From the NCBI GenBank assembly GCA_017456625.1, contig JAFTJB010000004.1, forward strand, positions 5,901 to 69,900: a stretch of 64,000 nt of DNA, in the 5' to 3' direction. The notes under the pieces are model-generated. The model worked only from the letters and a program-made list of their open reading frames with translations. It did not search any database and was not told the origin of the DNA. The position numbers and the translations under genes are program-made. The first letter of the stretch is position 1. The number at the start of each line of letters is the position of its first letter. Source of the DNA: Clostridia bacterium. GTDB lineage: Bacteria; Bacillota; Clostridia; Oscillospirales; CAG-272. Below, in pieces: positions 37,964-49,245 of this stretch.

Positions 37964-38746
37964 ATGATGTTTCACGAAATTCACAAAGAGCTTTTTTCCG
38001 TTCTACCATTCGTTCTGACCTCGGTTGGGGAAGGAATACAGAAATCAACAAACCGTCCCGCAGGCTTTGACTCCCACCATTTTTTATGGGTATATAAGGG
38101 TATGGGGAAATTCTGCGTGAACGGAGAACATTTCTTGCTCCGTGAAGGTGAGGGTGTATTTATCCGAAAGGACATTTCGCACAGCTACGAGGGGAGCGAT
38201 TTTTATACCGCATACATCACCTTTACCATGGATAAAAAAACGCTTGATTACCTCGGCACGGGAGATTGGTTTCGATTTTCCGTCCCTGCTTTTTTAGAAA
38301 GAGAGTTCAAGCATCTTTTGCAGTTTGCAATGGGTAACTCGACTGTGCTATCCCGTTCGTCAGCAGGATACCCGATCGTGATGGATATCTTTTTGTCTGT
38401 TTTAACAAGGAAAAATTCTACCGTCACAAAAGTACAGCAGATGCTGGAGTGCCGATACGGAGAATTATTGACACTTGACGATGTTGCCGCCGAGGTTGGA
38501 ATGGATCGCTTTTCCCTATGCCGCCATTATATGGCAGAGAGAGGCGTTACCGTAATGGAAGAATTGAACCGTATCCGCATTGAGAAAGCAAAGAGATATC
38601 TCAAATACAGCAACGATCCGATCAAAAGAGTAGGGAAGCTCTGCGGCTTTGAAAGCGCGAGTTATTTTGGAAAACGCTTTCGTGAGGCGGTTGGATGCAC
38701 ACCCATGGAATATCGAAAGAGACAAAATGAGGACATAGCTCGTTAA
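37964..38746 (+). CDS. AraC family transcriptional regulator
   Basis: 260 aa with a cupin-like N-domain and the HTH FSLCRHYMAERGVTVMEELNRIRI...SASYFGKRFREAVGCTPMEYR. It is divergent from the GH35 gene. Confidence 0.85.
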   Translation: MMFHEIHKELFSVLPFVLTSVGEGIQKSTNRPAGFDSHHFLWVYKGMGKFCVNGEHFLLREGEGVFIRKDISHSYEGSDFYTAYITFTMDKKTLDYLGTGDWFRFSVPAFLEREFKHLLQFAMGNSTVLSRSSAGYPIVMDIFLSVLTRKNSTVTKVQQMLECRYGELLTLDDVAAEVGMDRFSLCRHYMAERGVTVMEELNRIRIEKAKRYLKYSNDPIKRVGKLCGFESASYFGKRFREAVGCTPMEYRKRQNEDIAR

Positions 38747-38748
38747 CT

Positions 38749-39420
38749 TTAACCTGTGAAGGTATTGAGATACCACTGCCCATCCTCCGCAAGCGCGAAG
38801 GAAAGGGTGACCTGCTCGATCTGCCATGGGGTATCCTCAAGCCAGGTATCTACCTGAATACGGAAGAGATCCGCGGTACTCGGGTTGATGATCTCTATGG
38901 TGGAATAGTCATAAATTCTCATTCCGCTCAAGCCGTTTTCCATGTTGGAAAGCTGACGGAGCTGCGCACTGCCAACGTCGTAGCGTGCCTTGGCAACAAC
39001 CATGCCGTTCTGGCTGTCGGAAATGGCAAGACCGTCAAAAGCAGAGCTATAGAAGGGGGCAAGACATTCGGCGGTGTAGATCTTCTCTGCTGCCGTCTTG
39101 ATTTCGGTATCGGATCTGAATTTCGCAAACTCCGATACGTATTCATAGACAACCGCATGGGTATCCTCGCCGTAGATCATTTGATAATCGGCATACTTGG
39201 AGTCCTTTCCGTAGACAGGAAGCCCCGCGCCGTATAGAACAGTATTGATCTCCTTGGAGCCCTCGATCAATTCCACGATACGGTCGTAGACAGTCTCAAG
39301 AGCAGGAGCCGACGAGCATGCAGAGCAGCTCGAGCAGCCATTACATCCGGAGCAACCGCTACAGCCAGCCAATATCATTGCCAGCATAAGAGCCAGAAGC
39401 ATACAAAATCTTTTTTTCAT
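38749..39420 (-). CDS. lipoprotein with Cys-rich (GCS)n tether
   Basis: 223 aa starting MKKRFCMLLALMLAMILAGC|SGCSGCNGCSSCSACSS, a lipobox followed by six more Cys at 3-residue spacing. The rest has no recognised motif. Confidence 0.6.
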   Translation of the reverse strand: MKKRFCMLLALMLAMILAGCSGCSGCNGCSSCSACSSAPALETVYDRIVELIEGSKEINTVLYGAGLPVYGKDSKYADYQMIYGEDTHAVVYEYVSEFAKFRSDTEIKTAAEKIYTAECLAPFYSSAFDGLAISDSQNGMVVAKARYDVGSAQLRQLSNMENGLSGMRIYDYSTIEIINPSTADLFRIQVDTWLEDTPWQIEQVTLSFALAEDGQWYLNTFTG

Positions 39421-39454
39421 TCAATAAAACCTTTCAGGGGAAAATATAATTTAG

Positions 39455-39540
39455 ACATTGGGAGAGGAAAAACTCTTTAAGGAAGAGTTTTTCCTCTCCC
39501 ATACCCTCTCCTTTTCAGAACCTTTCAAAAAAGGGTTCGA
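39455..39540 (-). repeat. structured intercistronic element, copy 1 (GGGAGAGG...CCTCTCCC hairpin family)
   Basis: Perfect 18-bp stem gggagaggaaaaactctt/aagagtttttcctctccc (39460-39477 with 39483-39500) plus the flanking gaacc.../...ggttc hairpin. Its reverse complement aligns to 62176-62250. Confidence 0.7.
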
Positions 39541-39548
39541 AAATTTTT

Positions 39549-40379
39549 TCAAATCTCATAAAACTGTGCTCTCTCGTAATTTGCCTTATTTGGGCTGTGT
39601 AGAGAGATCATTTTTTTGCCGTCAAGGGTCTCAAAAAGCATTGCGTGACCGCCGTCAAAATCAAAATGGGGTGCGCCATGTGTCCATTGACCGTGAATAG
39701 AGTCACTTTCGGCATGAAAGATCGCATATTTCCCGCCGCGGAAGCTCGACCAGATCATTTTCGTCTTGCCGTCTCCGTCGTTGTAGAGGAAGGGACCGTC
39801 GGTGACGTAATTTTCTTTACTTGCCATTTCAACGTAGGGATTATCCGACGCGCGGAAAAGCATAAAGGGCTCACCAGCAGGCGCGGAAAGATCCTCCGTC
39901 AAGGGCATTGCCCACATCTCTCCATCGGTAACCTGTACCCATTCATGGCAAAAAACGATATACGGGGTGCCATTTTCCACCCAAAGCGTACCGTCAAGAC
40001 ATTCCCAATCCTCGGGAGTAACGGGCTTTTGAGAGATAGGCTTAAATTTTCCGTCGGGAGTATCGCAAACAAGGATCTGCGTCGCTCTGCGATGATCCTC
40101 ACTCTTGAAGCTACCGAACAGATAGTATTTTCCATTGTAAATATGAACCTCGGGTGCCCAATAATCGCGGTCTGCCCAAAATCCGATCTCAGATCCGTCA
40201 AAAATGATCTTTCCATCGTCAAAATTTTCAAGATCATAGGATTTGTAAACAGTAAAGGTGTGACCCGCGCGGAGACTTCCATACTCCAGATCGGTCGTGC
40301 CGTACATATAGTAGCAATTATGTTCTTTGTCCGTTACAATAAACGGATCTCTGATACGGATGTCCTCACGTTTCATCAT
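39549..40379 (-). CDS. glycoside hydrolase family 43-like protein
   Basis: 276 aa, no signal peptide. IRIRDPFIVTD (catalytic Asp region), YYMYGTT, YWAPEVHIYNGKYYLFGS and VTDGPFLY follow the five-bladed propeller GH43 pattern. Confidence 0.7.
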   Translation of the reverse strand: MMKREDIRIRDPFIVTDKEHNCYYMYGTTDLEYGSLRAGHTFTVYKSYDLENFDDGKIIFDGSEIGFWADRDYWAPEVHIYNGKYYLFGSFKSEDHRRATQILVCDTPDGKFKPISQKPVTPEDWECLDGTLWVENGTPYIVFCHEWVQVTDGEMWAMPLTEDLSAPAGEPFMLFRASDNPYVEMASKENYVTDGPFLYNDGDGKTKMIWSSFRGGKYAIFHAESDSIHGQWTHGAPHFDFDGGHAMLFETLDGKKMISLHSPNKANYERAQFYEI

Positions 40380-40409
40380 TTTTCTCCTTACGTTACCTTT
40401 TAACTTTTC

Positions 40410-40448
40410 TTTTAAAATTTTCGAGGGAGGGGAAGTATCCCCTCCCTC
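40410..40448 (-). terminator. probable terminator after gyrA
   Basis: Stem gagggagggg/cccctccctc (40423-40432 with 40439-40448), followed on the minus strand by gaaaaTTTT. Confidence 0.55.
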
Positions 40449-40454
40449 AAGATT

Positions 40455-42977
40455 TTATTCTTCTACGGGTGCAGTTTCCTCTACAGATTCTTCCTCTTCG
40501 CCGTTCTCTTCATTCTCAATGTGAGCAACCACGGTGAAGTTAACGAGCTTTTGATCCTCGCCAAGTCTCATGACGATAACGCCTCCCGCACTTCTGGAGC
40601 GCTCGGGAATGCCCGCAACGGGAGTACGAATGATAACGCCGGAATCGGTGATCATCATGATGTCATCCTCATCGGTGACAGCGGCAATTCCTGTGAGAAT
40701 ACCGCTCTTTTCGGTGATGTTATAGCAGGCAACGCCTCCGCCTCCGCGGTTCTTCATCAAACGGAAGTCATCAAACGGGCTGCGCTTACCAAAGCCGTTC
40801 TCGGTAACGCAAAGCAGACGCTTGCTGTCATCGACTACACAAACACCCGCAACGTAGTCGCCGTCCTTGAGGCGGATACCGCGCACACCGCGTGCGGTTC
40901 TACCCATGACGCGTACGTTGGACTCGGAGAAGCGGATCGCTTGACCGTTTGCGGTTGCGATCATCAGATCACATTCGCCATGCGTACGGACAACGAATAC
41001 CAATTCGTCTCCCTCGTCGAGGTGAAGCGCGATCTTGCCGCCCTTACGCTGATATTCGTACTCGGAAAGAGGCGTACGCTTGATCACGCCGTTTCTCGTG
41101 ACCATGGTGAGATACTCATCATCGGTGAACGCATCCACACTAATGCAGGCAGTGATCTTCTCGCCCTCTGTCATATCCAGAATATTGACAAGATTCTGTC
41201 CCTTTGCGGTTCTGCTTGCTTCGGGAATCATATATGCCTTACGCATCTGTACCTTACCCGTATTGGTAAACATCATCAGATAAGAATGGCTGTTGACAGA
41301 AATAACCTTTTCGATAAAGTCCTCATCCTTCGTCCCCATCGCAATGATACCCTTACCGCCTCTGTGCTGTGCGGAATAGGTATCGGCAGGCTGACGCTTG
41401 ATATAACCGGCGTGCGTGAGCGTGATCACGCAGCTATGGCGCTCGATGAGATCCTCAAGAACGATCTCATGCTCCGCGGGAACGATAGCGGTTCTTCTCT
41501 CATCCGCGTACTTGTTGCGGATCGCCATCATTTCGTCCTTAATGATCTGCTTGATCTTACCCATATCGGCAAGGATCTCCTCCAGCTCCTTGATGAGATT
41601 GTGGAGACGGAGAAGCTCATCCTCGATCTTTCCTCTCTCCATGCCCGTCAGCTTACCGAGTGTCATCTCAACGATCGCCTGCGCCTGAATATCCGTCAGA
41701 CCGAAGCGCTCCATCAGCTTGAGCTTGGACTCGGGAATGGAGGGCGAGGTCTTCATGATCTGTACGATCTCGTCGATGTTATCAAGAGCGATCTTGTATC
41801 CCTCGAAAATGTGTGCTCTCGCTTTTGCCTTATCCAGATCGAACTGCGTGCGACGGATGATGACCTGCTCCTGGTGCGCGATGTAGTGGTCGAGAATGTT
41901 GGCAAGATTGAGTACCTTTGGCTCGTTGTTGACGAGAGCCAGCATATTGACTGCAAAGGTCTCCTGAAGCTGGGTATATTTATAGAGCTGATTGAGAATG
42001 ATCTGTCCGTTTGCGTCGCGGCGGTACTCTACCACAATACGCATACCGTCTCTGCCCGACTCGTCACGCAGCTCGGTAATGCCGTCGATCTTTTTTTCCT
42101 TCACACATTGCGCAATGGATTCGCAAAGCAAGCTCTTGTTGACCGCGTAGGGGATCTCGGTGAAGATGATCTTGCGCTCTTCCTCTTTGATCTCCGCCTT
42201 AGCGCGGACCATAATATGTCCCTTACCCGTGGTATACGCCTGCTTGATGCCGTTGACACCGTAAATGGTCGCATAGGTGGGGAAGTCGGGACCCTGAATA
42301 AACTGCATCAGATCATCGATGGTACATTCGGGGTTGTCCATGCGGTAGATGGTGGCATCAATGACCTCTCCGAGGTTGTGGGGAGGAATGTTGGTCGCCA
42401 TACCGACGGCAATACCCATCGATCCGTTGACAAGCAGGTTGGGGAAGCGCGACGGCAAGACCGTCGGCTCCTGCAAACGGTTATCAAAGTTCGGCATCAT
42501 CGGCACAACGTTTTTGTCAAGATCACGCATCATCTCGTCCGCAATGCGGTCCATACGCGCCTCGGTATAACGGTATGCAGCCGCGGAGTCACCGTCGACC
42601 GAACCGAAGTTACCGTGACCCTCAATAAGAGGATAGCGGAGAGTAAAGGGCTGTGCCATACGTACCATCGTTCCGTAAACGGCAGCGTCACCGTGAGGAT
42701 GGTAGCGACCGAGCACGTTACCGACGGTCGTTGCGGATTTGCGGAAGGGCTTGGAATGAACCAAGCCGTCCTCGTACATTGCGTACAGGATACGACGCTG
42801 ACCCGGCTTCATGCCGTCTCTGACGTCGGGAAGTGCACGGGACATAATGACCGACATAGAATACTCAATAAAGGATTTCTTTACCTCCTTTTCCATGCCT
42901 ACGTCCACGATCTTCTGATTTTCAAACAGCGCCAATTCCTGCTGCTTGTCAACTATTTTGTCTTTTTCGTTAGCCAC
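40455..42977 (-). CDS. gyrA: DNA gyrase subunit A
   Basis: 840 aa from a GTG start. Motifs are [36 protein letters not shown] and [11 protein letters not shown] (active-site Tyr), with a C-terminal beta-pinwheel and an acidic tail. Confidence 0.97.
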   Translation of the reverse strand: MANEKDKIVDKQQELALFENQKIVDVGMEKEVKKSFIEYSMSVIMSRALPDVRDGMKPGQRRILYAMYEDGLVHSKPFRKSATTVGNVLGRYHPHGDAAVYGTMVRMAQPFTLRYPLIEGHGNFGSVDGDSAAAYRYTEARMDRIADEMMRDLDKNVVPMMPNFDNRLQEPTVLPSRFPNLLVNGSMGIAVGMATNIPPHNLGEVIDATIYRMDNPECTIDDLMQFIQGPDFPTYATIYGVNGIKQAYTTGKGHIMVRAKAEIKEEERKIIFTEIPYAVNKSLLCESIAQCVKEKKIDGITELRDESGRDGMRIVVEYRRDANGQIILNQLYKYTQLQETFAVNMLALVNNEPKVLNLANILDHYIAHQEQVIIRRTQFDLDKAKARAHIFEGYKIALDNIDEIVQIMKTSPSIPESKLKLMERFGLTDIQAQAIVEMTLGKLTGMERGKIEDELLRLHNLIKELEEILADMGKIKQIIKDEMMAIRNKYADERRTAIVPAEHEIVLEDLIERHSCVITLTHAGYIKRQPADTYSAQHRGGKGIIAMGTKDEDFIEKVISVNSHSYLMMFTNTGKVQMRKAYMIPEASRTAKGQNLVNILDMTEGEKITACISVDAFTDDEYLTMVTRNGVIKRTPLSEYEYQRKGGKIALHLDEGDELVFVVRTHGECDLMIATANGQAIRFSESNVRVMGRTARGVRGIRLKDGDYVAGVCVVDDSKRLLCVTENGFGKRSPFDDFRLMKNRGGGGVACYNITEKSGILTGIAAVTDEDDIMMITDSGVIIRTPVAGIPERSRSAGGVIVMRLGEDQKLVNFTVVAHIENEENGEEEESVEETAPVEE

Positions 42978-43026
42978 GGTTTTTACACCTTTCCTGTATT
43001 GTATTGAAAAATATTAATTACAAAGT

Positions 43027-43569
43027 TCATCTTTTTCCTTGGAGCCGTACACAGATCCCAAGAAGCGGGAAAAAGATGAGTGCTCCAAACAAAAGCGTTC
43101 CGAGAAGCTCGGGAAGCGCCAGGGACAAAAGAAAGCTTGAAAAATCGATCTCACGGTAGGTGAGAAGCGTATAAGCAAATGTTGTGAGAAATCTCACGCC
43201 AAGAGCGATCGCAAAGCAGATCAGATAAGAGAGATAGCCGTGCGCGTTGAGCACCTTGACGTAATATCCGATCAGATATGCCATTATAAAATAGATCAGC
43301 GGAAGAAGAGAAATACCCGTTGATGCGAGCGCATCGATGATAAATCCCGCCGCGATCCCCGTAATGGAGCCTGCATGATATCCGCAAATCAATGTCACCG
43401 TCAAGACTGCGGTAATAATCAGATCGGGAGTCACGCCAAATGGCTTTATTCTTCCCATCACCGACGTTTGTATAATTGCAAGCAAAAAGAGAGTGGTTCC
43501 TATGATCACACAGTAACGAATGATCTCCGACCTCGTTTGTGCCTGCCTGCCGAGGATATACTTTGCCAT
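43027..43569 (-). CDS. mreD: rod shape-determining protein MreD
   Basis: 180 aa with 5 TM segments. Its start overlaps the mreC stop (TAATG). Size and position are typical of MreD. Confidence 0.6.
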   Translation of the reverse strand: MAKYILGRQAQTRSEIIRYCVIIGTTLFLLAIIQTSVMGRIKPFGVTPDLIITAVLTVTLICGYHAGSITGIAAGFIIDALASTGISLLPLIYFIMAYLIGYYVKVLNAHGYLSYLICFAIALGVRFLTTFAYTLLTYREIDFSSFLLSLALPELLGTLLFGALIFFPLLGICVRLQGKR

Positions 43570-44513
43570 TATCCGTATCCTCCGTTACCGACTCCGGGAG
43601 GAACGTAATCGTCCTCCTCCTCGGTCGTCTGATCCGCAGGAGGCGTGGTTACGGGCTTTTGATAATCTCCGTTATCTCCCGTTTCATATCCCGTAATGAT
43701 CAAAACGTAGTGCAGAGCGGAAAAATCGACCGTTGGACGGACGTTTGCGACGATCGTGCGGCTGTATTCGTCCACAGTGACCTCTTCGACCACACCGATA
43801 ATCAGATCGGCAGGATAAACGCTTCCGACACCGCTGGAGAGGACGAGATCTCCGACCTTAATATCGGCACCCTCTTCGATATAGGTCATTTTGCAAAGAC
43901 CCTGTTGCTCGAGCGTATAATCACCGATCACAACGCCCATCGTACCGCTGTTTTCAATATAGGCACCGATCCCCTTGGAATCCGCGCTTTTTTCAAGAAT
44001 TGTGGACACCTTACACCATGTGAGTCCCACCTCGATGACGTATCCTACCACACCTGCCTTCACCACCACGGGCATATTGATCGATATCCCGTGCGCGGTT
44101 CCTCTGTTGAGGGTAAAAACAGTCATGTAATCGGATGCCTCGGATCCGATCACCATTGCTTCCTCGAGGAGGAAGGAGGGATATTTATCCTTCATTCCGA
44201 GGTAATCACGCAAACGCTTGTTTTCCTCCTCCAGAAGCTCCGCATAATTTTTTTCGGCTTCCAATCGGGATATTTCCTCTTCCAATTGCTCATTGCGATC
44301 GATCAGAGCTCCCTGAAGCTGAAAATGCTTGAAAAAACCGCTGACCGCATCGGTCACAACGGTAGCTCCCCAGCGAAATGGGGTCGCGATCACACCAAGC
44401 ACCTCACGCACGGGCTCTCTGTAGCCCATGAGAGAGAACGTGGTCGATACCGTGCACAAGACGAGTGCAATGCACAGGCAGATCAAAAAGAATTTATTTT
44501 GAAATACCTTCAC
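43569..44513 (-). CDS. mreC: rod shape-determining protein MreC
   Basis: N-terminal TM segment, coiled coil (LEEEISRLEAEKNYAELLEEENKRLRDYLG) and beta-barrel blocks (VVKAGVVGYVIEV, GDLVLSSGVGSVYPADLIIGVVEEV). I prefer the GTG at 44511-44513, which has AGGAG 7 nt upstream. The track start at 44627 would translate through a palindromic repeat. The ATG at 44540 is an alternative. Confidence 0.8.
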   Translation of the reverse strand: MKVFQNKFFLICLCIALVLCTVSTTFSLMGYREPVREVLGVIATPFRWGATVVTDAVSGFFKHFQLQGALIDRNEQLEEEISRLEAEKNYAELLEEENKRLRDYLGMKDKYPSFLLEEAMVIGSEASDYMTVFTLNRGTAHGISINMPVVVKAGVVGYVIEVGLTWCKVSTILEKSADSKGIGAYIENSGTMGVVIGDYTLEQQGLCKMTYIEEGADIKVGDLVLSSGVGSVYPADLIIGVVEEVTVDEYSRTIVANVRPTVDFSALHYVLIITGYETGDNGDYQKPVTTPPADQTTEEEDDYVPPGVGNGGYG

Positions 44514-44556
44514 TCCCCCACTCCTTTCATAGAAATTCATTGTTTCGGGGTTAGGA

Positions 44557-44660
44557 CCTTGGGAGAAGGAAAACTCGGTTGGATTTTTCCTTCTCCCAAA
44601 CCCATAACTCCAAAAGGGACCTTCCAAAACGCCCTCATTCGAGAGCGTTTTGGAAGACTC
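44557..44660 (-). repeat. structured intercistronic element, copy 2 (diverged)
   Basis: Two hairpins: ttgggagaaggaaaa/ttttccttctcccaa (44559-44599) and cttccaaaacgc/gcgttttggaag (44621-44656), between the gyrB stop and the mreC start. Confidence 0.6.
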
Positions 44661-44686
44661 TCCTTTTTTGAATAGGGAAATTTCTT

Positions 44687-46947
<2,261 letters not shown>

Positions 46948-46965
46948 TCCGATGCCTTTCGTTTA

Positions 46966-48078
46966 TCAGCCATTTTTCTGCGTATAGACTCCGCTCTTTA
47001 CCTCTATGAGCTTGCCTCCGACCGAGCCGTATGGCTCACAGGTCGTCATAATCACCTGTCTGTCGGTCATTTTTCCAGAAAGATACGCTCTGCGCGAGGA
47101 ATCCAGCTCCGAAAATACGTCGTCAAAGAGAAACACGGGCTTCTCTCCGCAGATCTGCGCGCATACCTCTCCCTCCGCAAGCTTCATAGCAAGTGCCAAG
47201 GAGCGTTGCTGCCCTTGGGAAGCAAACATCCGCGCGGATTTTCCGTTGAGCTTGATGTCGATATCATCCTTGTGGATCCCCCACAACGTGCTTCCCGCAC
47301 CGATCTCTCTTTCGTGATTGTTCATGAGAAGATCATAGTAGATGCGCTCGGTCTGTGCCATATCCTCATATTCCTCTGCCTCTCGGTGTGAGGAGCCCTC
47401 ATAGACTGCGGTCGGTATCTCCCGATCCCCCATCATCTCAAAGAAGCAATCACGAATGCATTCCGACGCGCGCTTCAGATAGCGTACACGGTAGGAAGCG
47501 ATCACAGCCGCTTCTCTTGCCAATTGAGAGGACCAGAATTCCACCGTGTCATTGAAGGTACGGCGATCATCCTCGGCATTTCTGATCAGTTGATTTCGTT
47601 CTTTTAATATCTGATTGTATCGTTGCAGACTTTTGAGATAGACCGGATAGAGCTGTGAGATGGCGACGTCAAGATAATTGCGGCGCTCTGCGGGTCCGTC
47701 CTTGATCAAGGAAAGATTTTCGGGACAAAACAGCACGGTGCGGAAGGTACCGACGATATCGGAAACACGTCCGACCTTTACCCCGTTAAGCTCGATCCTT
47801 TTTCTTTTTCCCTTCATCATACGGACCGTTATATTCTGTTTTCTGACGGAATCGGTGAAATCGATGGAGATCTCCGCCATTTCCGCGCCGAATCTTACCA
47901 TATCCTCGTCATGAGAGGTACGGAAGCTCTTGCCGATGGCGGCAAATCCGATCGCCTCTAAAAGATTGGTCTTTCCCTGCGCGTTTGCGCCGTGGAGAAT
48001 ATTGACTCCTTCATCAAAGGTAACGTCCGCAAATTCTATGTTGCGAAAATCGCTGACCCTGATCCTGTTACAGTACAT
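46966..48078 (-). CDS. recF: DNA replication and repair protein RecF
   Basis: 370 aa with Walker A GANAQGKTNLLEAI, the signature SQGQQRSLALAMKLAE and Walker B VFLFDDVFSELD. Confidence 0.93.
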   Translation of the reverse strand: MYCNRIRVSDFRNIEFADVTFDEGVNILHGANAQGKTNLLEAIGFAAIGKSFRTSHDEDMVRFGAEMAEISIDFTDSVRKQNITVRMMKGKRKRIELNGVKVGRVSDIVGTFRTVLFCPENLSLIKDGPAERRNYLDVAISQLYPVYLKSLQRYNQILKERNQLIRNAEDDRRTFNDTVEFWSSQLAREAAVIASYRVRYLKRASECIRDCFFEMMGDREIPTAVYEGSSHREAEEYEDMAQTERIYYDLLMNNHEREIGAGSTLWGIHKDDIDIKLNGKSARMFASQGQQRSLALAMKLAEGEVCAQICGEKPVFLFDDVFSELDSSRRAYLSGKMTDRQVIMTTCEPYGSVGGKLIEVKSGVYTQKNG

Positions 48079-48093
48079 GATTCAAACGAATGA

Positions 48094-49245
48094 TCACTCT
48101 TTCATACGAACGGGCAGGAGCATAAAGATCTCCTTGACGTTTTCCTCTGCTTCAACGGGCTCGATGTTAATACCGGTCAATGCAGACGTCATAGAAAGCT
48201 TGACGTGCTCGCAGTCCGCTGCGCGAAGGCTATCGATGAGGAAGCGGTTGTTGAAAGCGATCAGAAGATCGCCGCCCTTATGCTCGATCTCAAGCTCATC
48301 ATATGTGCTTCCCATCGTGGAGGTAGCGGAGATACGAACGGTATTCTCGCAGAACTCCAGCTTAACGTGAGATTTAACGCTTCCCGCAACCTTTTCCTCG
48401 GTAACGAGAGCGGCTCTCTCGAGTGCGGAAATCATTGCGTCGCGCGAGATCACTGCCTCAATTCTGTGAGAGTTGACAAGAATACGGTCATAGTCGATAT
48501 ACTGTCCCTCAATGAGACGGGAGAAGAAAATAAGATTGCCGATGTGGAACACGATGTTCTTGCGGCTCATATAGATGCGAACGACCTCTCTCTCATCGTC
48601 GCGAAGCATCTTGAAGAGCTCGTTGACGGTCTTGGTCGGCATAATAAAGGAATAGTCAAGCGCTGTGGCATCCTCGTTTTTGTTTTCGATCTCGGTCTCG
48701 ACCTTGCATTTTGCAAGCTTGTAGCTATCACAGGAAACAAGAAGGAGCTCCTTATCGGTTACAGAGCAATAGCATCCGTTGAGAACGGGACGCTGATCAT
48801 TGACAGCCATTGCGAACATAATCTTTGAGAGCATGTTCTTCAAGGTAGCCTGACCGATCACAAATCCATCCTCGGTGGTCAATCTCGGAATGACGGGATA
48901 ATCTGCTGCGGGGAGAGCCTTCATGCGGTGGTTGGATTTTCCGCAGGAGATGCAAGCCTGAAGTGTGTCGTCAACGGTGAGTATGATCTCGCTGCCTTCC
49001 ATTACGCGAACGGTCTGAGAAAACTTCTGTGCGTTGATAATATAGCTTCCTGCTTCCTCGACCTCTGCATCAACGGTAACACGCATACCCTTTTCCAGGT
49101 CAAAGGTCGTCAATACGCAGGAGCCGTTCTCGTTTGCCTCGATGAGGATACCCTCGATCGCGCTGAGCGTGGACTTACCGGATACCGCACACATCAGAGG
49201 AGCAACCGCGTCATTGATCACTTGTCTGTTAAAAACGATTTTCAT
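48094..49245 (-). CDS. dnaN: DNA polymerase III beta sliding clamp
   Basis: 383 aa starting MKIVFNRQVINDAVAPLMCAVSGKSTLSAIEGILIEA, the typical DnaN N-terminus, downstream of dnaA. Confidence 0.93.
   Translation of the reverse strand: MKIVFNRQVINDAVAPLMCAVSGKSTLSAIEGILIEANENGSCVLTTFDLEKGMRVTVDAEVEEAGSYIINAQKFSQTVRVMEGSEIILTVDDTLQACISCGKSNHRMKALPAADYPVIPRLTTEDGFVIGQATLKNMLSKIMFAMAVNDQRPVLNGCYCSVTDKELLLVSCDSYKLAKCKVETEIENKNEDATALDYSFIMPTKTVNELFKMLRDDEREVVRIYMSRKNIVFHIGNLIFFSRLIEGQYIDYDRILVNSHRIEAVISRDAMISALERAALVTEEKVAGSVKSHVKLEFCENTVRISATSTMGSTYDELEIEHKGGDLLIAFNNRFLIDSLRAADCEHVKLSMTSALTGINIEPVEAEENVKEIFMLLPVRMKE

Noticed and set aside
38744-38751. Convergent stop codons 2 nt apart (AraC gene and lipoprotein gene) as evidence of a missed gene or frameshift
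   Set aside because: Both ORFs are complete with sensible termini. The spacing is simply tight convergent packing, and it is mentioned under the lipoprotein finding.
40521-43007. 828-aa plus-strand ORF opposite gyrA
   Set aside because: It is in the same antisense register as above. gyrA is unambiguous, and the shadow is stop-free only because gyrA contains no TTA, CTA or TCA codons.
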